Shown: piece after piece, positions 24,170 to 37,000 of the stretch
Numbering within the stretch: the stretch's first letter is position 1
Layout: every line of letters begins with the position of its first letter
Assembly: GCA_001949185.1 (NCBI GenBank)
Contig: BDGG01000011.1
Location: 765,552 to 829,551, forward strand
DNA: 64,000 nucleotides
Source of the DNA: Ramazzottius varieornatus
Taxonomy: Eukaryota; Animalia; Tardigrada
Direction of reading: 5' to 3'
Notes under the pieces: model-generated
The model's database searches: none
Told to the model about the DNA's origin: nothing
What the model saw: only the letters and a program-made list of their open reading frames with translations
Position numbers and translations under genes: made by a program

Positions 24170-24290
24170 AGCACGCGGAAAACAACTCGAAAAGATCGTT
24201 TTCCCAAGTGGCGCACACTTTCGGTGTTTTTGACTGAAAGCGTGCGCCACTGGCTAAGCAATCCTGCCGAGCTTGTTTGCCGAGTTCTCA
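24170..24290. repeat. Palindromic element (intergenic)
   Basis: Arms plus core, 25-bp spacer. Confidence 0.9.
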
Positions 24291-24654
24291 ACTTTCGTAA
24301 GAGACGAGCTCCATGTTTTCCCTTCTGCAGAGAATGTCACGCTAATATTTTCTAATATTTTCACAGTGAACAAGATGAATGAGATTTCGCCAGATATGCC
24401 AGTCAGTCCCCATACTACGAAATGTGCTCCCTACTTATACAGCTCAGACCTGAAGAAAGAAGCGGCTAGACAGAGAAGCAAATATTTTTTAGCGGCTGGG
24501 TGTCCGGATGGCGACGTGAAAGTTCGGCAAGTTGGGTGCGGGCCGAAGTCGATGGCGGCGTTGGTTGTTGACGGCCTGAAATCTAGACGTCAGTGCTCGG
24601 AAGAGTCTTTCTTCTACAATTACGTGCAAACCGCCATCAGACAAGACGCTACTA

Positions 24655-24993
24655 TTATCGAAAAGAGCACGGTCGCTTACTCTTCGCTTGCAGCGATTCC
24701 ACCTTTCTAACAGGGACACTCTGCGGGAGTGTGCGCTCGTGAACAGGGACCATGGAAGGGGTGTACAGATAAGGGAACGTAAAGAGGCGCTTTGCTTTCA
24801 GCGCGCCACCTGACATGGGTAGAGCGACATTCGGGGTGCTGTCCGAAGGTCGCTCGGCATTCGGTTCCCAGCTATCGCTTTCCAAGGCATCCAACTGCAA
24901 TGGCAACTGTCCAGCGACCATTCTACCATTCAAGCATACAAGCACTACACACACAATCACCATCAGCAATAAACTATCACGGTGGAACGACAT
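24655..24993 (-). CDS. Small secreted protein, candidate peptide precursor
   Basis: Signal MSFHRDSLLLMVIVCVVLVCLNG, acidic pro-region, KR and RK dibasic sites. Confidence 0.5.
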   Translation of the reverse strand: MSFHRDSLLLMVIVCVVLVCLNGRMVAGQLPLQLDALESDSWEPNAERPSDSTPNVALPMSGGALKAKRLFTFPYLYTPSMVPVHERTLPQSVPVRKVESLQAKSKRPCSFR

Positions 24994-25129
24994 TGTTGTC
25001 CCATGCAAAATGAGCTCCTGAGATCGAAAGCCAACTAATTGCGCGAGACAACGTCCAGACACGACCAAGCTAACAACTACATTTTTATCTACCTACCCAG
25101 CTCACTTATATGCCAGAGCCTTTTGGAGG

Positions 25130-25220
25130 TTGGCGAACGGAACGTACCAGATCGTTTCTCAAAGTGGTGCACGGATAGCTTGCTGTTAGCTGGTAGCGTG
25201 CGCCACTTGAAAAAACGAAC
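25130..25220. repeat. Palindromic element
   Basis: AAGTGGTGCAC...GTGCGCCACTT. Confidence 0.8.
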
Positions 25221-25765
25221 TTTAACGTTGCTGGTGTTCCGTTTCAAACAAGCTGGATCCCGGCTGGTAGGAAGCTGCGGTGACAGGAAGGACGCTAATT
25301 GTGTGTGCAGAACGAGGGAGAACCAAGGTGCAAGGTGTGAAGATTCCATAAAGCTTCATTAAAATGCTCTCACGCCGTGCTGGAAGAAACGACCCTGACG
25401 TCAGAGAACTCACATTTCCGGTAGTAATGAGCTATAGGCCATTCAAACATTGTTATCGAGCCACCATCGATAATCAGCCACCTTTTTTCAACTGCTTCCG
25501 CTTTTCAAAGTCGGGACAAAGCGTTTCCTTCGATGACATTCTATTGGTATTTCCCACCGACCGTCACCGTATCCTACGTCAAGCTTTTCACTGCGCCGGA
25601 TCTCAAGTGAAGCCCAGTCACAAGTACCAAAGTTTACCTGGCGCGTACGGTGTTCGTTGTCGATCCTCCAGTCTTCATTCAGTCCTTCGACCCATTCTGA
25701 GAGAAGACCTTTCGTGCGTCGCCTTTGGGCATCCATCGTTCCCTGCAAGAAGAGAAAAATTTTAG

Positions 25766-26241
25766 CAAATGTTCATGGTGTTTGTGTACTAACCGAGGTT
25801 CGATTAAATACGCAAGTGACCACAATGATATCTTCTCGCACGCTTTACGAAGGCAATTTGGCGTCGAAAAGCCACAAACTGCATAAGGGTGCGCGAGCAC
25901 TGCCAGTTTTCTACAAAATCTCGAACGAAACAGGCAAAAATTTTTCAACAAAGATTCATTTTGTACTACTCTGCTATGTTGGTGGACAACAGAAGGGGAG
26001 CGATTTGCTCAGCTGCTCTTCTTCTTCTCCAGAAAAAATCTCTGGTTGTTTCCATCAGTCTCAGCCGTGCACGTAATTCCGCGCTTCCTGTGAACAGAGA
26101 TACGTCCTTGTTCTCAAATGTTTATGGTGTTTGTGTACAAACCAAGATTAGATTAAAGTACGCGAGTGACCACAATCATTCTCTGGCACGCTTCATGAAC
26201 GCAATTTGGAGGTGGACTCTCAGACTGCTGCATAAACGCGC
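25766..26241. repeat. Diverged direct duplication of about 125 bp (25766-25893 and 26115-26241)
   Basis: CAAATGTT(C/T)ATGGTGTTTGTGTAC...GTGACCACAAT...GCAATTTGG shared by both copies. Confidence 0.75.
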
Positions 26242-26273
26242 TTTTTCCTGATTCAGTTCTGGAAGAATGGAGA

Positions 26274-28254
26274 TTAATGTAGATGGACGTACGTTATGGA
26301 GCAAGACTGAAGATTGCGGTGGAGAAGCAGTAGTTGCGCTTCGTTGATTATTTCCCGGTCCAGCTCGTCGTCCGGCATCACGTCGAACATTCCACAGGCT
26401 TTGTCAAGATGAAAGCATTTCTTCTGCGACTGCGTCACCTGAAGGAAAAAACGAGAGTTAACAAATGAGATAGCGTGATAATGTTTGTGCACCAACGCGA
26501 TGAGAAACATACTTTGCCTTGGCTGATTTCCGCGTTCCTCTCCCATTGGGACTGCAGGATGCGCTCGATGGCGCTGTCTTCAATAGCATTCAACAGTGGC
26601 TCCATGCTTCCAGCCTATAAATGAAACAAAAATGCTTGTGGAATTCAAGGCGGACCAACTCGACAAGATCGCTATCCCAAGCGGTGCACGCTTCCAGCCA
26701 ACAGCACTCGAAACGTGCGTCACTTTGCCAACTCAAAGAGATGGTTTTATCAAGAGGCGCACGCTCTCAGCCGATAATACTGAGTACGTACGTCACTTGG
26801 AGCAACAATTTCGTCGACTTGCCATTTCTCCATAGATAAAGTGAATGAATGGGATGTTTCGAGAAACTGATCATACCAGAAGTAGTAGGGAATCTGTCAG
26901 TGTTTCTTCAAGCACGCTCTGGTCAAGAAGGATGATCAAGGACATGCCTCCATGTTGTAGGACGTACAGCAGAAGGCCAGCGCGACCCACTTCCTCTTTC
27001 GGCATCTTCAGTGCATGATGAGGGAGCGTGTAGCAACCCTTGTTTTGGAAAGAAGCGTGTCCAGGTGAAGCGGATAACGTACCGATCGTCCTGATGGCTG
27101 CAGTCTGATGACGCGCAAGACGAAAGATATGGTAATCATCGGTTGGAATGTACAGACGATAAAGCTTCTGCTTGCTTGCCGTTGGACCTGTAATCGCCAC
27201 AGTTCCGAAGGATAAGGCTTTGGCTGAACAAAAGAAAAACCTTACACGTTGTATCTTTGTCACCGAGAAAAAGAATGTCACTCTCTCGTCGTAGAGCAGC
27301 AGTCAGAAACTGGCGACGATACTGCTGAATACTGAGTGGAATATCGTCTTGCAGAACATCAGTTCGAAAAGCCAGAAGAGCGGCCAGAACAGAGAGCTTG
27401 GGCGCAACGATGGTACACTTGTGATGAATCGATGAAGCCATCGTTCGAAGGTAGCCGACGTCCTGCAACAACAAAAGATCACCTACTAACAATCACAACA
27501 TGGGAGCTCGGCCACCAAGCTCGACAGGATTATTTTCTCGGATGGCGCATGCTTCCAGCTAAAACCACTGAAAAAGTGCGCCACTTGGGTAGCAATCTCA
27601 CCAAATTTCCCAGCTGCCGCAAGATCTTGCTGATATTAGCCGGAAGCGTGCGCCGCTCGGAAAAAAACCAAAACGAGTGTTTGATGAGCTCGACCATGAC
27701 CATCAGGTTACCTGGAACAGGTTGAGATGGCTTCTCGCGTGGGAAAAATCTGCCCAGGTAAAGGGACAGAGGGAAAAGATGGCCAGTAAGAGGTCCTGGC
27801 GGTGAGATGGCGGAAGTTTGGCCAGAGCAGCAAAGCTGCTAACGAAGGAAAGCAACAGGTGATTGATCCTCTGCAGATTCTGCTGCAGCGCCTCGACTTG
27901 CAAATCATCCGACGCTCCTTCCAGCTTTGGCCAACCAAACACGGTCAGAAAACGATGGTCCACCTCTTGGCAAACGATGTGATATCGTCCGATGCTGAAG
28001 GATGAAACGATCTTCTTCACTGCGGACTGCCAGAAACGATGCAAGCCCAGCAGCTGACTGCTCCATGTGCATTTACTCTCCACCGTCATCTGCAACAAGC
28101 AAGAAGCTATCCTTTCCGGGGTCGTATAAGATGACAATATTACAAATCCTACATCCGAAGGGTGGAAGAGGAGTAGGCTGTCGGCTGGGTCGTCCGCTTC
28201 CTCCATACAGCGGCTGCCATCACAGACGAAGAACAACACCTCTTCAAAGTTCAT
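26274..28254 (-). CDS. HPS4-like (BLOC-3 subunit; longin/CCZ1-family N-terminus), multi-exon
   Basis: N-terminal FFVCDGSRCMEEADDPADSLLLFHPS resembles HPS4 FFLYDGSKVKEEGDP..I.YFYPS; later exons less certain. Confidence 0.55.
26648..26825. repeat. Palindromic element, 2 units (HPS4-like intron)
   Basis: Two cores. Confidence 0.85.
27502..27692. repeat. Palindromic element, 2 units (HPS4-like intron)
   Basis: GGGAGCTCGGC...GAGCTC arms. Confidence 0.85.
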
Positions 28255-28564
28255 CACTCCAGCCGTCTGTTGTTGTCGAACAGATCCCGACAATACCTGT
28301 CGTAATTCATAGTAGAACTACTATGTGGCGCTGCAGGAGACTAGGAGGCTAAGAGAACTCCGCTAGAGCAGTAGACAGAATGAAGATTATAATCTATAAG
28401 GTCCAGAACAATCGCCGCAAAAGACTCTGAATTACAGCCAACCGGAAACAACTTATAAACTGTGGAAAGTGGACATACACTATGTGCCTGATGGGTGATT
28501 CCACTGTCAGACGGTGTAATGTGTTCTGGTGGAGGTGAAATCACTGGTCTTCAGCGTTTTCAGT

Positions 28565-28579
28565 TTTCACGAAATTTCT
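28565..28579. promoter_or_regulatory. Canonical heat-shock element upstream of AHA1
   Basis: tTTCacGAAatTTCt, three inverted nGAAn units about 125 bp before the ATG. Confidence 0.6.
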
Positions 28580-28702
28580 CCCGGTTTGGGAATTAAGATC
28601 TTTGTCTTTTCCCTCATCTTCCTTGAATTCCGATCAAGCTGAAAAGCTGCACGTCTGGTTGTGAGTTTATTCTCGTCCTATAGTATTCGGGACCTTGGCG
28701 GA

Positions 28703-30330
28703 ATGGCCAAATGGGGTGAGGGGGATCCACGCTGGATCGTAGAGGAGCGCCCTGATGGTAAGAACTTTTCCCTTGACAATGTGGACATGCCTGTGATCCT
28801 TCGTTAAGTCGTGCTGGATTTTTGTAGCGACGAATGTCAACAACTGGCACTGGACTGAGAAGAATGCAACGGAGTGGAGCAAGTCCCGGCTAAAGACGTT
28901 GTTCGAGAAGCTGGTTGTCGAGGATGGAGCGATGCAATGCGAAATTACCAAGCTGTCAGAAGCGACGGGCGAAGCAAACTGCCTCAATCGCAAATCCAAG
29001 CTCATCTTTCTCTACGAGTGGAGCCTGGAATTTGAGTGGAAAGGTGCGTTAAATTACCGTTGTGGCCACCTAAGCAGTGCTGCGCATCTGTGACTACAGT
29101 ATCATGCGAAAGCTCGGCAGACAAGCTCGATCAGATGGTTGTGCCAAGCGGCGCACGTTGACAGTGTTGATGGCTGGAAGCGTGCACGACTTGTGATAAA
29201 ACGATCTTGTCGAGCGAACGACGAATCGGTCATCATGTTTTACTCTCGTGTGTCTGTAGGAAGAATTGCTGGCAACGATGAAGAGCACAAGGGAAAGATT
29301 AAGGTTGCCAATTTCAGTGAAGAATACGGCCTAAAGGAGGTGGACATCGAAGTCAACACGGAAAATTCCACCAAGTTTGACGATCAGCTGAAGCATCTCT
29401 TGAAGTCCAGAGGCGTGCCAGTGGTACGCGACCTTCTTGGTCAGTATTTACGGGAACTGAAAGAAGGTAAGAATTTCGGACAGCTACAAACTAGAGGTTG
29501 CTCAAAGTTATTCTGTCACTTCTGTATGTTTGCAGAATACAGCAAAGATATCATATTGCCAACCAAAGCAGAAACGGCCGCCGAAGTCATCCGGAATTTC
29601 ACTCCCCTCAACGTCCCCTCTGCGGCGGCAGCAGCTTCTCCTACAGCTAATTCCGATAAGAGCAAGAAGACGACTGTCGGTGTGAAGATTGATACAGAGC
29701 AGCTAAAGCTCTCCGAAGAGTTTCATTGTACTGCCGAAGACCTGTACCGAGCTTTAACGATCAAGGAAATGGTTCAGGCCTTTACCCACTCTGACTGCCT
29801 GTTGGAGCCAGAGAAGGGCGGAAAGTTCGCTCTTTTCAACGGCATGGTTTCTGGCGATTTTGTTGAACTGGTAAGACGCATTCGGGAGCACGTTTTTCAA
29901 GCTCGATGATTATTGTTGAAGTGGCGCAGGCTTTTGGTATCACAGGCTGGAAGCGTGCGCCACTGGCAGAAACGATCTCGTCGAGTTTGCCTGCCGAGAT
30001 CCCTTTCGGCTTTCCGTCTTGGCTTTGTAGTCTAGGGACTTTGGAATAATGCAGCTACTCGCCTTGTGTCGACCGAAGACTTGACGTGGCGTGTTTGCTC
30101 GACAGGTGAAAAACGAAAAGATTGTGCAGCGATGGCGCTTCAAGTCGTGGCCAGAAGCGCACTTTTCGACGGTGACTCTGAAACTGAAGCAGAAAGAGAA
30201 TGGAACGGTGGTAGAAATGAACCAAACCGGTATTCCTTCGAGTGATTTCGCTCGTACCAAAGAAGGTTGGAAACGCTATTATTGGGATAGTTTGAGAGCG
30301 ACTTTTGGGTTTGGTGCTCTGTTAACTTGA
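28703..30330 (+). CDS. AHSA1: Activator of Hsp90 ATPase 1
   Basis: MAKWGEGDPRWIVEERPD|TNVNNWHWTEKNA, LSEATGEANCLNRKSKLIFLYEW, C-terminal START-like domain ending YYWDSLRATFGFGALLT*. Confidence 0.96.
29111..29218. repeat. Palindromic element (AHA1 intron)
   Basis: Arms plus core. Confidence 0.85.
29884..30003. repeat. Palindromic element (AHA1 intron)
   Basis: Arms plus core. Confidence 0.9.
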
Positions 30331-30624
30331 TCGATGTATCCACAGTTATGTCACTCTTTTTCTAGTTGCACAGTCTATGTAAACGGTTTTGCGCTTCTAC
30401 ATCCCCGTTTCTCCCTGCGGTGACCTATAATAAGTGAAGTCTATCGAAGAACTTGTTCATAAATCATAAATCAAAGCTTTTGCGTATCGTAGACCGAACA
30501 CGAACAAGATTTTTGCCCTTGTCTGACTCTTTCCGAGCTTTCGGTGATCAGTAGTGTTGCAGGCGGAGTTTCGAAGAAAAGGAAGTTAGGGTTGGATTTC
30601 AGAAAGACGGAATTCAAAAGACAG

Positions 30625-30745
30625 AGACTCTGCAAGCAAACTCGACAAGATCAAACGATTGGCAAGATCGGTTCTCCAAGCGGCGCACGCTCACAGCTAG
30701 GAACGCCGACGACGTGCGGCAGCTGGGAAGGAACTTGATCGGCTT
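30625..30745. repeat. Palindromic element, degenerate (intergenic)
   Basis: AAACTCGACAAGA...AAGCGGCGCAC. Confidence 0.7.
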
Positions 30746-31148
30746 TTTCACTTGTTCAATGGACGATGAATAAATCAATATTTTGATGAGCCATTATGTC
30801 TAATGACGTAAAGAGTCCACGTGGTGTCTCGGTTCCACCACGAGATCAGACTGAGTATCACGCGACATTTGGCTCACTTTTTGGTGCAGCGAACATGACG
30901 TGTTGGATCGTCTTCGGTTTTGATAACTTCAGAATTTCTTCAAACGGAAACGTGGATCTAATTTTCTCTCCTCGCACCTTGTTTATGTTCTCACTGATCT
31001 TACCTCGCACTCACAAGAAAAAGGGACGTAGTTTCCATGGTTGAATCCTTTCGATGGGAGAGATGATTTGATGGTGGCGGAAGCGGTGCACCCAGGCTGA
31101 CCTGGACAGCTTTCCTCTTGACGCGGTACTCCCGACGCACCTCTCACC

Positions 31149-33653
31149 ATGCTGCAGATCTCGCCAAGGCTACGCAACACGCTCATCTCCATCGGCAGTC
31201 TGATCCTGACGACGGCCGTGGTCAGCAATGCCTTCTACCAGCGGAAACAGTTTTATCCCTCCATCATCTACATCACCAAGTCAAATGCCTCCATGGCGGT
31301 AGGTGCACGCTTGTTAAACTTATGGGCATTTATCGTTGGTATGCGTTGGGCCGACGAACTGACGAGCGTGTGCTATTGTTGTAGGCCATATATTTCCAAG
31401 GTTTAACGCTGGTCTTCCTCACCTGGAAGCTTCTTCGCTGGGTGTTTTTTGGCCAGCTACGCCCAGCAGAAATCGAGGTTCGTGCATTATCTACGAAGTT
31501 TCCCTCCAGCGGTAACGCTTCTTTTCTTATTGTAGCATCTGGTGGACAAGAGTTGGTTTGCCATGACGGATACGTGTTTGGCGTTCACCGTCTTCCGTGA
31601 CGAATTCAACTCCAGCTTTGTAACCCTCTTCACCATCCTGCTTTTCCTCAAATGTTTTCACTGGCTGGCCGAAGATCGCATCGACTACATGGAACGGACA
31701 CCGGTTATCACCAAGCTGTTTCATTTCCGCGCAGTCAGTAAGTCTTCACGACGTTAACCGATAGCAATCGTTTCCAGCCCCGATGAAGAGACGCACCAAG
31801 TGTTGTGAATGAAACCAGAACGTCGTCTACTTCGCGGATGACAGCTCGCATCTGTTTCAGGTTTGCTTACCACGTTGTCGTTCTTGGACATCTTCTTTGT
31901 GGCATATGCGTATAATAGTTTGGTAACTCGGGGAGCGTCTTATCAGCTGGTGTTTGGCTTTGAGGTAGGACCGGTGGACCACGGCTCTTGGGTAGCTTTC
32001 GCACTCCGCATTCAGCGACCATGATGAATGATGGGATTGCCTCTGTTTTGTGGGTATTCTGAACATTTGAATTTCTGTGTTATGTTTGCAGTACGCTGTG
32101 CTTTGTACGGCAGTAGGATTCACCGCTATAAAGTATATCCTGCACTGCATCGACAGTCTCCACGACCAAACAGCACCGTGGGATCGCAAGGCTGCCATCC
32201 TTCTCTACACCGAACTGGTCATCAGTAAGAGTCATCACTACGTTCAACTATTTGGCAAACAAACTCAATAAGAATAAGAGAACTCGGCAATAATAAGCTC
32301 AGCAATCAATAAGAGAGCTCGGCAAACAACTCGATAAGAATGTTTCCCCACGCGGATCACTCGCTCAGTGTTATTGGCTGGAACAGTGCGCCACCTGAAA
32401 AAAAACGATCTTACCGAGTTTTTCCCCAAGTGGCGCACATTCCCAGTGTTGGAGGCAGGAAGCGTGCGCCACTGTCTGTTTGCCGAGCGTCAAGTTTTTC
32501 AACGTATGAGTATGAGCAAGGAAATTAACGAAATTCAACGTGCTGGTATGAGCAACGAGATTAACGTTTACTTCTGCTTGGCAGATTTCAGCAGAGTGAC
32601 GCTGTACACCGTCTTTCTGGTTCTGATGTTCAAGATGCAGTCGTTCCCGTTGTTCGCTGTCCGACCAATCTACATGGCGGTCAAGTAAGTCTTCCCGTGT
32701 ATTCGTTTGCACGAACGAATATGGTGTGGTTACATTTTCCCTTTTGCAGGTCCTTCAAGAAGTCCCTGTACGACGTCATCATGTCTCGCCGAGCCATTCA
32801 CACCATGAACACACTATACCCCAACGCCACCTTGGAGGAAATTCGCGCTGGCGACTCCACTTGCATCATCTGCCGCGAAGAGATGACCACCTCATGCAAG
32901 AAGCTACCCTGCAACCACATCTTCCACGCCTACTGCCTCCGTTCGTGGTTCCAGCGCCAACAAACCTGTCCCACCTGTCGCCTGGACATTCTGCGACCAC
33001 GCCGTCCAGCCACCGCCGCCGCACCAGCCGCTGCAGCTCCCGCTGGGCAGCCCGCTCCGGGCGGAGGAGCTTTCCCTCCCGGCCAGTTCGCCTTCCCTCA
33101 GCAGCCCCACTTTCATATGGGCAACATGGCTTTTCCCTTTCCTCTTCCACCTGGCTTCCCTCAACACTTTCCGATGCCTCAGCCAGGACAGGCGGGACCA
33201 GCTCAGTTGCCCAACTTAACTGGCGCACCGATGATGTATCCCGCTTTCTATCCAGCTGGTGGCATGATGCCTCCTCCGCCACCTCTCCCACCCATGCCAG
33301 TCCCTAACTTCGCTGACATGTCGGAGGAAGACCTGCGTCGCTTGGAAGGCGACAGTCGAAGAGCACTGGAGATGAGGGTTGCGCACCTGCGCAATATTCA
33401 GGCACTGTTGGACGCGGCGGTTATTCAGTTCACTCAGTACTTGTCCCTGATGACGCCACCGGTTGTCCTTCCTGCCGTTCCTTTGACCAGCACCACCACA
33501 ATTCCCACTGGTACGTCGGAAGCCACTGTCTCTTCCTCTTCGACTAACGCTACACCGTCGGAAGAAACGCCTACCGGTAACAGTGAATCGGACGAGGTTC
33601 GCCGACGTCGCCTTCAACGCTTTCAGAACGGTCTAGCTGCTGAGCAGCCATAA
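31149..33653 (+). CDS. SYVN1: ERAD E3 ubiquitin ligase HRD1/synoviolin
   Basis: NAFYQRKQFYPSIIYITKSN, CLAFTVFRDEF, KCFHWLAEDR, RING-H2 CIICREEM..KKLPCNHIFHAYCLRSWFQRQQTCPTCR, Pro-rich tail. Confidence 0.97.
32250..32490. repeat. Palindromic element with a triplicated left terminus (HRD1 intron)
   Basis: GGCAAACAAACTC / GAACTCGGCAAT / GAGCTCGGCAAAC repeated before two cores. Confidence 0.85.
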
Positions 33654-34019
33654 GCTGATGTACACTTCTATTTTCGTCTTTTTATATCGAAAAATTGGTA
33701 TTTTCATTTTACTGTAGAAAGTTTTCCCTTTCTTCTTCGCTCATTTTCTTCATAAAATAGTCATCTTGACCACTTTTCTAACCGTTTCCGCCTAGATGCT
33801 CTCAAGAAGTATAGAAGTGACTGACGGTAAAAAATGGCAGGCAAAGAGGAGTAGCAAATCACCACAGCCAGCTTCATTCTGTATGCTGATAAAAAAGGGA
33901 GGGAAAAGTTCTGAAAAAAGCGAAGGATGGTTGCAACGACGGACAATGAGAAAAAAGAAACGTAGAAACCGTAAAACTGATCAGGCACCTCATACTGTAG
34001 AAACTGTACTATCAAAGTC

Positions 34020-37000
34020 TCAACCACGTGAAGCGCCGGGACCGCCGCGAGAAGGTCGGCCACCACGAGCGCTCCCGCCTCTCGATCCACCTCGAGCAGA
34101 AGGGTTACCTCGACCACGGGATCCTCCGCCACCACTTCTTGCTTGTCCACCTGTAGGAACCACATCATCCGTTCTTGTATCACACCCATAACATGCACAC
34201 CAAGCGAACAGACTCGACAAGGCTGTTTTCCGAAGTGGCGCACTTTTTCCCTGTTAGACGTTGAAGGCGTGCGCCACTTGAAAACAATCGTGGCGAGTTT
34301 TCCAAGTGGCGCACGCTGTCAGCGTTGATAGCTGGAAACGTGCGCCACTTGGGAAGATATTCGGTCGAGTCCGTTTGCCGCATTCCCAAACTGGTCTGAA
34401 GAGGACAAAGTTGCTTGCCGGCACCTACCGTTGTTTTGGGAGTAGTTGCCATTACTGTCACTGGAGACGTTGTTATTGAAGGCTGAGGTATTTCCACCCG
34501 AGTTCTGGTACTGACTCTGTTGTCCCGGGAAAGAGGAGCCGTCCATGTTCGGACTTTGCCAGTTTTCTTGGCCTTGTGAGGTGTTGCTGTTGGTCCACAC
34601 TGCCCCACCAGCGAAAATGTCAGCAGGAAACGAGCTTTGTCCACCGCCACCGTTCATACCTGTGTTGAGTGTGTTACTATTGCTGGGCGCGGGGAAGCCC
34701 AGGGTACTTTGCAGGCTTTGCGTCAGGGCGGCCAGCTCTTCGGGTGTCAGGTTGCTACCGGAAATGACCAGCGAGCTGAGTGGAGCAGCTGAACTGGTGG
34801 GAAGGCCATTGGGAACAATCGTGACCCGTTCATGCAACGGATGCTGTTGTGACTGACTCTGGAAGCTGTTCTGTCTGGGTGGCGGAGTATTTTGTGATTG
34901 CTGCGAAGGGTTGTTGCGCTGGTTCGACTGGCTGGTATTGTTAGAGTTGCGTGGCTGCTGAGACCTGTTAGAGTTCTGCCCGTTGCTGCTGTTGTTTCCC
35001 TGCTGGTTGTTCTTTCCGTCGGCCGTTCCGCGGTTGTTCGACTGCTGGTTGTTGCGGGGAGGAGCAGCTTCCGGCTGGGGCTTGTTACGCTGCGCCATCG
35101 ACGGCTTGTATGAGTACGAAGGTAACGTCGATACCACTGCAAAACATACCCAACATAAATTTTAGGTACAGAGTGCTCGGCTCTAAATGCGGCCGCGGCA
35201 ACCAGACTCGACCAGATCGTACTCCCAAGCAGCGCAGGCCTACAGTCACTAACACTGGAAATGCGCGCCACTTGGGAGAGCTATCTTATTACTGTCGTAA
35301 GTGGTGCATAGCTTCAGCCAAAAACGTTGCAAACATGCGCCACTTGGCAAGACAATCTTGTCAAATTTTTTCGCGGAGATTCTAAGTGAGCTACAAGTGA
35401 CAAAATGCTGTTCAGTACGTTTGACGTTAACGCAAAGTTAGCAAAGTTGGCAAAGGGCACACTTACCATGACCAAAGTTGTTGAGGTCATTCAGAATATC
35501 ATCGAAAGCGTAAGTAAACTTGGGGCTTTCTGCGATATGGGCGTCAAACTTGTAATCGCTGACAAACATCTGCAAAGGAAGAACATAGATCCAGTCAACT
35601 CATCCATTACAAGAGAAGGACGTGGAAAAGAATAGGCTTCTTACTGTCATATTCTGTTGCCAGTCTGTGTATTCTTGAGGTCCCATAGCGGAGCTTTGGG
35701 CGATTTGGTCCGAGAGAAGGACAGCCAAGTTCATCCGTTCAGCCAGGATAGTTTGACTTTCTTGATGGTTGAGGTCCAGTGTCCGACGCAGCCAGTTGTA
35801 GCGCTCATTTAGACTGGCATGCAACTGACCAAAGACCGAGTCCAAATTTGTCACGTCGTGCTGGTATGTATTGACTGACTCCTGCATCAGCCTGTTAAAG
35901 GAAGAGGCATGCGTGTGGATGTCCGGCACCGTCACTTCTGCAACAGACAAAGCAGACCCGTCAGATCAGCATGAAGGTGCTGTACAGTAAACACCGTATG
36001 TCCAATTGGAAGGTCGGCAAACACTCGACCACATCGTCTGACCATGTGGCGCATACTTCCGGTGTTATGGGCCGAAAGCATGCGCCACTTAAACGGACGA
36101 CCGCGTCCAGTTTTCCGGAGTGGCGCACGTTTACAGTATTCAACGTGCGCCACTTGGACAAGCAATCTTCGCGAGCGGTTCAACTGGCGCACGGTTCCAT
36201 CCAAGAGCACCGACAGCGTGCGCCACTTGGAAAAAGATCTTGTCGAGTTTGTGTGCCGAGTTCTCAATTGATCGCACGATTTTTCTTCATGATACCTCGA
36301 GGATCAAGGACGTCGTTCTTCCTAGCCTTCTGGCCCTTGGATGGCGACTTTTCAGGCCTGCTTTCCTCATTGGTCGATTGTTGATTTTGGGGCGTCAAAG
36401 AAGAGTTATTACTGCTGGGAGTTTCAGCGCTCATCTTGGACTGAGGAGGAGGTTGCTGCTTAGAGATGGTTCCGTTCTGTTGCAAAGACTGCTGGTTACT
36501 GCCGTTACCGGGCTTGCTAGTTTGGTTGTTGGTCGATGGCTGGCTAGAGGTGCCATTCTTGTTGGAGACGGGCTGAACCTTGTTGTTGCTGGCCACGCTG
36601 CCCGTTTCCGTCGGCGTTCCTTCGCTGTCTCCGCCACCTTGCTTGTTCTTCTTCCCCTTACCCTACAACAAAAGTTACATCATACATACAAATCAGGGTT
36701 GTCCTCTTTTCTTGGCCGTTACAGACAACGATCGAGGATCGAGACAAGAAACGCGAGGTCGGCAAATAAATTTACCCAGCTTACTTTCTACAGGTGGCGC
36801 GCACTTTTAACCAATCACACCGGAAACGTGCGCCACTGGACAATCTCGACAAGATGGTCTTCCCAGTGGCGCACGCTCTCAGCCAATCGCAATGAAAACA
36901 TGCGCCACTTGAGACAACGGTCAAGTTCTCGATAACCGACTTCCGGTCGAGCTGAATTAGTAAGAGATCAACGTTACCTTCTTGGTTCCAGTTGTCGCCC

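Noticed and set aside
35971-36935. Many ORFs sharing KWRT / VAH / VRHL / RAPL / CATW peptides
   Set aside because: These are translations of the DNA palindrome in different frames, not a protein family.
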